NCBI GenBank assembly: GCA_041946735.1
Contig: JBHGAY010000023.1
Coordinates: 15,900-79,899 of the forward strand
From: Candidatus Eiseniibacteriota bacterium
GTDB taxonomy: Bacteria; Eisenbacteria; RBG-16-71-46; CAIMUX01; VGJL01
Direction: 5' to 3'
Length of the DNA: 64,000 nt
Shown here in pieces: positions 58,427 to 64,000 of this stretch. Within the stretch, counting starts at the first letter, position 1, and each line of letters opens with the position of its first letter. Made by a program: the position numbers and the translations under genes. The notes beneath the pieces were generated by a model. It was given only the letters and a program-made list of their open reading frames with translations, was not told where the DNA came from and did no database searches.

Positions 58427-60667
58427 ATGCGCCCCCGTCTTCTCTCTTCCGTCGTGTTGGTTCCGCTGTTCATCTTCGCGGCCATATCGGCTCGTGCCGA
58501 CTGCATCGACTACGAGGACTACTTCCATCTCGTCACCCGATTGAGGACCCAAGGAGCCAGCTTCGGAATCGACCTTTCAGGCAATTACGCCTATCTGGTG
58601 GAGTCCAATTATGTCGCCCACTCCTGTATGGAGGTCGTCGACGTCTCCGATCCGCTGGTTCCCCTCGCAGTCGCAAGCCTCCCGCTCCATGAGGACGGAG
58701 TCCGGATCGACGTGTCCGGGAACTATGCCTATGTGACGGAGGAGGGATACGGACAGCAAGCTCCAGCCTTGCAGGTGATCGACGTCACCGATCCACGCTT
58801 CCCGCAACCGGTGGGACTTCTGCCTCTCCCGCCCGGCGTGAACGGCGTTGCCGTTCTCGGCACGCAGGCATTTGTTGCGAACGGAAGGGAAGGTCTGCAG
58901 ATCGTCGACGTCTCCGATCCCGCCAGTCCGCGCCTGGTCGGTAACGTCGCCACCCGTGACTCCGCGATCGGGGTGGCCGTGCGGAGGGATCCGCACGATC
59001 CTCGGCGCATCTACGCATACGTCGCGGACGGGGGCAGCGGCTTGACCGTGATCGAGGCCGGCGCGCGGAGAATCCCCCGCATCGCGGGAAGCGCATCCTT
59101 CGATGAGCCGGACGGGGAGGCCTGGGACGTCGTCGTCGTGGAGGATTACGCGTACATTGCCGGAGGTTTTCGGGGCCTCTTCGTCTTCGATGTTTCCGAT
59201 CCTACGCGCCCCACTCTCGTCGGTCATACCGACACCGCCGGCTGGGCCTACGGTGTCGCCGTCTCGGGCGCCCGCGCCTGCATCGCGGATGCAAACCGAG
59301 GACTTCAGGTCATCGACGTCTCCGACCCAGCCGACCCAAGGACTCTCGGCAGCGTCGCTTCGGGGTACCTGCATGATTGCATCGTCTCCGGCGACTACGC
59401 GCTGGTCGCCGAGTTGGGGGGATTCGAAGTCATCGATGTCTCGGGCTCCGAGAACGCTCACGACATCGGCAGCTTGGAAATCCCTGGACAACCCCAAGGC
59501 GTAACCGTTTCCGGTCACTACGCCTACTTCGGATGCGGGGAAGAGGGACTCCAGGTCCTCGACCTGGCCGATCCCGAGAATCCCGTCCTCGTTGGAAGCC
59601 TCAACACCGGAGGCTGGGCGGAGAGGCCGGTCATCTTGGGCAGCTATGCCTACCTGATGGACGGCGGGCGCGTGATCCGGGTGATCGACGTAAGTGATCC
59701 CGCGCACCCGGTACCGGTCTCGAACATGATGGTCGCACATGACCCGGTCGGAATTGCCGTGGACGACCGATACGCCTACGTGTCGGAGGATTATGACTAC
59801 TTCGAGGTGTTCGATCTGGCGAGCCCGGAGGATCCTGTACTCATCTCCCACATCGCCGGGATCCGGACGGGACCAATCGTCGTTGCCGGAGACTACGCGT
59901 ACATGGCTGCGCGGTACGACGGATTGCGTGTCGTCTGGATTGCCGACCCCTACAATCCGGTGCCATCGGCAATCGTGCCGATCGATTCGCCCATTGGTGT
60001 CTGTGTCTCCGGCAACCTGGCGTGCGTTGTCTCCGCCTCTCTCTCAAGAGTGATCATCATAGACATCACCGTCCCGCACTTCCCCCAGCTGCGTGGCAGC
60101 ATCGCCAACCCGTGGTTGGTATACGGGGTCGCGGCGTCGGGAGACGACTTCTACGTCGCGTCCGAGGTAGGACTCGAGGTCATCGACACGACGGACCTTG
60201 CCCATCCTCGGTTGCTCGGTCAGGCGCCCACCCCAGACATGGCGAACGGGGTAGATGTCGGCAACGGCCTTGTCTGCATGTCCCTCTTCGGCGGCGGGGG
60301 CTTCTCCGGTCTCGACATCTTCCCGATACAGTGCCCGGATCGCGGGGCCGGCGAGGGAGTCGTCGAGCGAGCGTCGCGGCGAGCCACGGGTCGATTCGGC
60401 GGCGTGCTCGTCCGTCCAAATCCGATGCATGAGACCGCGACGCTCTGTCTCACGCTTCCAGCAGCGGGCGCCGTGCGGGCGGCCATCCACGACGCGTCCG
60501 GGCGCGTCGTCCGGATTGTCCAGGACGGCGTCCTTCCCGCCGGTCCGGTACGCATCGACTGGGATGGCCGAGCCGTGGATGGGCATCGCCTCGCGGCCGG
60601 CTTCTATTGGGCGAAGGTCTCGGGTCCCGGCGGGACCGAGACGGCGAAGATCGTGATCGCGAGGTAG
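58427..60667 (+). CDS. Secreted LVIVD-repeat protein with FlgD-Ig/T9SS-like C-terminal domain
   Basis: AAGGAGG SD; signal peptide; more than 10 YAY..GL(Q/E)V(I/V)DVSDP repeats; tail PNP..IHDASGRVVR..WDGRAVDGHRLAAGFYW. Confidence 0.92.
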   Translation: MRPRLLSSVVLVPLFIFAAISARADCIDYEDYFHLVTRLRTQGASFGIDLSGNYAYLVESNYVAHSCMEVVDVSDPLVPLAVASLPLHEDGVRIDVSGNYAYVTEEGYGQQAPALQVIDVTDPRFPQPVGLLPLPPGVNGVAVLGTQAFVANGREGLQIVDVSDPASPRLVGNVATRDSAIGVAVRRDPHDPRRIYAYVADGGSGLTVIEAGARRIPRIAGSASFDEPDGEAWDVVVVEDYAYIAGGFRGLFVFDVSDPTRPTLVGHTDTAGWAYGVAVSGARACIADANRGLQVIDVSDPADPRTLGSVASGYLHDCIVSGDYALVAELGGFEVIDVSGSENAHDIGSLEIPGQPQGVTVSGHYAYFGCGEEGLQVLDLADPENPVLVGSLNTGGWAERPVILGSYAYLMDGGRVIRVIDVSDPAHPVPVSNMMVAHDPVGIAVDDRYAYVSEDYDYFEVFDLASPEDPVLISHIAGIRTGPIVVAGDYAYMAARYDGLRVVWIADPYNPVPSAIVPIDSPIGVCVSGNLACVVSASLSRVIIIDITVPHFPQLRGSIANPWLVYGVAASGDDFYVASEVGLEVIDTTDLAHPRLLGQAPTPDMANGVDVGNGLVCMSLFGGGGFSGLDIFPIQCPDRGAGEGVVERASRRATGRFGGVLVRPNPMHETATLCLTLPAAGAVRAAIHDASGRVVRIVQDGVLPAGPVRIDWDGRAVDGHRLAAGFYWAKVSGPGGTETAKIVIAR

Positions 60668-60854
60668 CCAGCGTGCTCGGCGCCTCAGCCCAGGCGGCGA
60701 GGCGGTGCGGCGTCGGATGGTCGGGCACCTTCCGACCGACCCCCGAGGGAGACTTGCCGGGCGATCCCGCCGGCCCTACGGTTCTACCGTCCTCGTAACT
60801 GTCGGCGCCCCGATCAGGGTTGACGCGCACGACGAAGAAGAGGGAGGTTCCGCC

Positions 60855-61181
60855 GTGTGGCGATGCCAGAACTGCGGCGCGGAGACGGACGATCTGCTTG
60901 ACCAATGCTCCCGGTGTCACATGGAGCGATCGGCAGACTCGGAGAGGGTGCCGAATCGCGCGAACGCCGCCGGACTGCGGCCGCGGGTCTCCTCGGCCGC
61001 AGTCCCGGTCCAAGTCGTGGTGACCGACGTTCACATGAGCTTCGGGTCCATGGTCGGCTTCATGGTCAAGTGGGCGATCGCCTCCATTCCGGCTTTCCTC
61101 ATCCTATTCATTCTCGGTCTGCTCGCGGCGAGTCTGCTGATCACGACGTGCGGCCTGTCCCTGAGGTCGCTCCTGAGGTGA
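60855..61181 (+). CDS. Zinc-ribbon membrane protein
   Basis: GGAGG SD + GTG; WRCQNC..QCSRC; C-terminal VTDVHMSFGSMVGFMVKWAIASIPA hydrophobic domain. Confidence 0.75.
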   Translation: MWRCQNCGAETDDLLDQCSRCHMERSADSERVPNRANAAGLRPRVSSAAVPVQVVVTDVHMSFGSMVGFMVKWAIASIPAFLILFILGLLAASLLITTCGLSLRSLLR

Positions 61182-61319
61182 ATCCGGACTCTGGCGCGCC
61201 CCATTCGTATGCCAATACTCCAAAGCGAATCGACATGGAGCCTCTCGGAGGGTTCATCGGATTCTCCCAGGACCCGGCGACTTGGCTCTGGAGGTTCTGT
61301 AGTCCTGTAAGGAGGTCTC

Positions 61320-61799
61320 ATGCCCGCGAAGAAGAAGACGCAAAAGGCTGCCGGAAGCGCGCCCGCGAGCAGCAAGAAGTCGACAGGATTCACCGAGGAG
61401 GAACGGGCCGCCATGAAGGAGCGCGCCCAGGAGCTGAAGGCGGCGGCGCGCGCGACCAAAGGCGGCGCGGACGGGGAAGCGGACGTGCTTGCGAAGATCG
61501 CCGAGATGCCGGAACCGGATCGCGCCATGGCGGAGAGGCTCCACGCGATCGTCAAGGCCACCGCTCCAGCCCTCTCGCCGAAGACGTGGTACGGCATGCC
61601 CGCATATGCCAAGGACGGCAACGTCGTCTGCTTCTTCCAGGCCGCGCAGAAGTTCAAGACGAGGTACGCTACGTTCGGTTTCAGCGACAAGGCAGAGCTC
61701 GATGAAGGCGGCATGTGGCCGACCGCCTTCGCTCTGAAGCAGCTGACCGCCGCCGAAGAGGCCCGAATCGCCGCGCTCGTAAAGAAGGCGATGGGCTGA
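61320..61799 (+). CDS. DUF1801 (YdhG-like) protein
   Basis: [39 protein letters not shown]. Confidence 0.9.
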   Translation: MPAKKKTQKAAGSAPASSKKSTGFTEEERAAMKERAQELKAAARATKGGADGEADVLAKIAEMPEPDRAMAERLHAIVKATAPALSPKTWYGMPAYAKDGNVVCFFQAAQKFKTRYATFGFSDKAELDEGGMWPTAFALKQLTAAEEARIAALVKKAMG

Positions 61800-61826
61800 T
61801 CCTGGTCGGCGCCTGCCGGCCAGACC

Positions 61827-62399
61827 GTGGCGAGGGAGCGAATGACCCGGAAGCCTGTTGACGACGTAGCGTTCGAGGAGTGGGACGATCCCCATCCTCG
61901 CTATCCGGAATTCCTCCGATTCCTCGCCGAGGTGGCGCCGGAGCAGGTCCCGTTCGTCACCGGCGAGCGCTACGCGCCTTACGCCTCGCATCTGATCGTC
62001 GGCTTGCAGGCCGGAGAGCTCGCCGGGGCGATCCGCTTCGCAGTGCAGCCGATCGGCCCGGAAGCGCACTGCCCCACTCTTCACAACGACGGGCGCCAGC
62101 TTACCGAGGCGAAGATCCATGTGTTCGCGGTTCGGCCCGCATCGCGCGGTCACGGCATCGGCACGGAGCTTCAAAAGTTGACGATCGCGTGCGCTCGCGA
62201 GCTTGGCTGTCATCAGGTAGCTTCCTATAGCTGCTACGACAAGGTGGCCAACTATCACATCAAGCTATCGCTGGGTTTCGCGGCCCAGCCCGAAGTTCAC
62301 GGGGACAACGAGCAGGGCGTCTACTTCCTGATGCCGCTGCGCGAAAGAGCGGATCCGAACCCCGCCCAAACGACCCCCCGCTCACTCTCTGCGCAGTAA
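61827..62399 (+). CDS. GNAT family N-acetyltransferase
   Basis: FAVRPASRGHGIG acetyl-CoA motif, SLGF; start may be ATG 61842. Confidence 0.85.
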   Translation: MARERMTRKPVDDVAFEEWDDPHPRYPEFLRFLAEVAPEQVPFVTGERYAPYASHLIVGLQAGELAGAIRFAVQPIGPEAHCPTLHNDGRQLTEAKIHVFAVRPASRGHGIGTELQKLTIACARELGCHQVASYSCYDKVANYHIKLSLGFAAQPEVHGDNEQGVYFLMPLRERADPNPAQTTPRSLSAQ

Positions 62400-62494
62400 C
62401 CGATGCCACTCCGTACTGCCGGACTGCAGCGGATCTACCCAGACTCGACCACATCTGATACAGTCCGGCGCGTGAAGAGAGGGGCCGCACGAGC

Positions 62495-63073
62495 ATGACA
62501 GGCATGGAGCAGGCACACCGCCGCCACGTCTGCCCCGCCTGGGCGGGCCCTCTCCTCGCCAGTCCCATCCGAGCTCTCTTTCAGAACCCGCGGAAGATTC
62601 TCGCCCCCCACGTGGCTCCCGGCATGCGCGCCCTCGACGTCGGACCCGGGATGGGCTTCTTCACGTTGCCGCTTGCCAGGCTCGTCGGCGCGGAAGGACG
62701 AGTGATCTGCGTGGACATTCAGGAGAAGATGCTCGCCGGTCTCATGCGCCGCGCGCGCAGCGCGGGACTGGCCGATCGGATCGAAACGAGAGTCTGTGAT
62801 GCGGAGAGCTTGCGCGTCGCGGATCTTGCTTCCACGATCGACTTCGTGCTCGCCTTCGCGGTCGTCCACGAGATCGGCGATGCGCCGCGATTCTTCCATG
62901 AGATCAGCACCGTCCTGAGACCAGGCGGACGGATCCTGTTCGCCGAGCCGAAAGGACACGTGTCGAAGGGAGCCTTTCAGGAAGCGATCTCGATCGCGAA
63001 GCGCACGGGCATCGAGAGAGTCGCTTCTTTGCGAATCTTCCGCAGCCATGCGGCCGTTCTGGAACGTGCTTGA
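62495..63073 (+). CDS. Class I SAM-dependent methyltransferase
   Basis: ALDVGPGMG, VDIQEKML, LRPGGRILFAEP. Confidence 0.92.
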   Translation: MTGMEQAHRRHVCPAWAGPLLASPIRALFQNPRKILAPHVAPGMRALDVGPGMGFFTLPLARLVGAEGRVICVDIQEKMLAGLMRRARSAGLADRIETRVCDAESLRVADLASTIDFVLAFAVVHEIGDAPRFFHEISTVLRPGGRILFAEPKGHVSKGAFQEAISIAKRTGIERVASLRIFRSHAAVLERA

Positions 63074-63102
63074 ATGAACCGAATGAACCGAGGTAACAGC
63101 AA

Positions 63103-63852
63103 ATGGACATCTGGAAGTTCTACGACGTAACCCACCGACACCAGCTGATCTGCAACCCGACCAGCCGCGAGAAGCTCGAGCAGCTGGTCGAGCTTCTGCG
63201 GCTTCCCGCGGGGGCGTCGGTGGTCGATATCGCGAGCGGCAAGGGCGAGTTCCTGGTACGTCTCGCCGAGACGTATGGCGTGTCGGGGGTCGGCATCGAC
63301 GCCTCCCCGCACTGCACGCGCGACGCCAGCGCAAAGCTCACCGCCCGCGTGCCGCAATCGGGCGTCGTCTTCCGCGAGATGGACGGAGCCGCCTTCGTCC
63401 CTGACAAGCCGCACAGCTTCGCGCTCGCGTCCTGCATCGGAGCGAGCTGGGTCTTCGGCGGCCATGGCAAGACGATCGACGCGCTCCTCGGTTTCGTGCG
63501 ACCGGGAGGGTGGATCGTCGTCGGCGAACCGTTTTGGCGGCGCGAACCGGCGGCGGAGTACCTCGAAGCCTTGGGAATGCCTCGCTCGAGCTTCACCACG
63601 CACGCCGAGAACGCTGCGGCCGGCGAAGGGCGGGGACTCGAACTCGCATACACGTTGGTGAGCAGCGAGGACGACTGGGACCGATACGAGGGGCTCCAGT
63701 GGTTCGGCGTGTCCGAGTATGCGCGCTCCCACCCCGAGGATCCGGATCTGCCCGAGCTCCTGGAGCGGATCGCGAAGCAGCGGACCGACTACCTCCGTTG
63801 GGGGCGAGACACGCTCGGGTGGGCGATCTACGTTTTCCGGCAGCGGATCTAG
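63103..63852 (+). CDS. Class I SAM-dependent methyltransferase (YjhP-like)
   Basis: ICNP, VVDIASGKGE, CIGASW, RPGGWIVVGEPFW, DDWDRYE. Confidence 0.9.
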   Translation: MDIWKFYDVTHRHQLICNPTSREKLEQLVELLRLPAGASVVDIASGKGEFLVRLAETYGVSGVGIDASPHCTRDASAKLTARVPQSGVVFREMDGAAFVPDKPHSFALASCIGASWVFGGHGKTIDALLGFVRPGGWIVVGEPFWRREPAAEYLEALGMPRSSFTTHAENAAAGEGRGLELAYTLVSSEDDWDRYEGLQWFGVSEYARSHPEDPDLPELLERIAKQRTDYLRWGRDTLGWAIYVFRQRI

Positions 63853-63875
63853 CGACCGTCGGCGCCCGAATCGAT

Positions 63876-64000
63876 CGGCGGCTTGCCTCCGGGGCAAAGA
63901 GCGCCGGGGCTTACGACGTCATATGGGATGGACGGAATAGAGAGGGCCGAATTGTAGCATCAGGAACCTACTTCGTCCGCCTGCGTCTGGGGTCCTACGA
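63876..64000 (+). pseudogene. Orphan fragment of a FlgD-Ig/T9SS-like C-terminal domain (runs off the window end)
   Basis: Translates to RRLASGAKSAGAYDVIWDGRNREGRIVASGTYFVRLRLGSY, matching the second half of the tails of other genes here; no plausible start or passenger domain upstream. Confidence 0.7.

Noticed and set aside
62396..62469. attC site (GCCGGACTG..CAGTCCGGC inverted repeat) making 60855-63852 an integron array
   Set aside because: No RYYYAAC/GTTRRRY ends, no similar elements between the other genes, and no integrase in the window.

Overview
GC-rich bacterial window with about 45 protein genes and no rRNA, tRNA, CRISPR array or transposase that I can recognise. Seven secreted beta-propeller/FG-GAP/LVIVD proteins end in a FlgD-Ig/T9SS-like C-terminal domain and two others end in an 'SWGxVKAxFR' tail, which suggests (inference) an FCB-related lineage such as Ca. 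Eisenbacteria/Krumholzibacteriota. Recognisable modules: alpha-2-macroglobulin + PBP1C, an NRAMP-related Mg transporter + MgtE-N/CBS protein, a CHASE-5xPAS hybrid kinase, ECF sigma/anti-sigma/TonB, an sxtIJK-like carbamoyltransferase trio beside GT-C and SGNH genes, an MFS pump and a block of small accessory genes. The main discovery is two in-frame UGA codons, each followed by a SECIS-like hairpin of identical geometry (11-nt spacer, 7-bp stem, G-initiated 3-nt loop at +19). One (15316) joins two ORF-track fragments into a single 316-aa secreted beta-helix protein with a C-T-U motif, a candidate new selenoprotein. The other (39797) lies in a 35-aa leader ORF followed by competing anti-SD/SD hairpins directly upstream of an atypical acyl-CoA-dehydrogenase / PhnD-like / TusA-ferritin operon, a candidate selenocysteine-sensing translational attenuator. 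selA/selB/selC/selD are not in this window, so both need genome-level confirmation.
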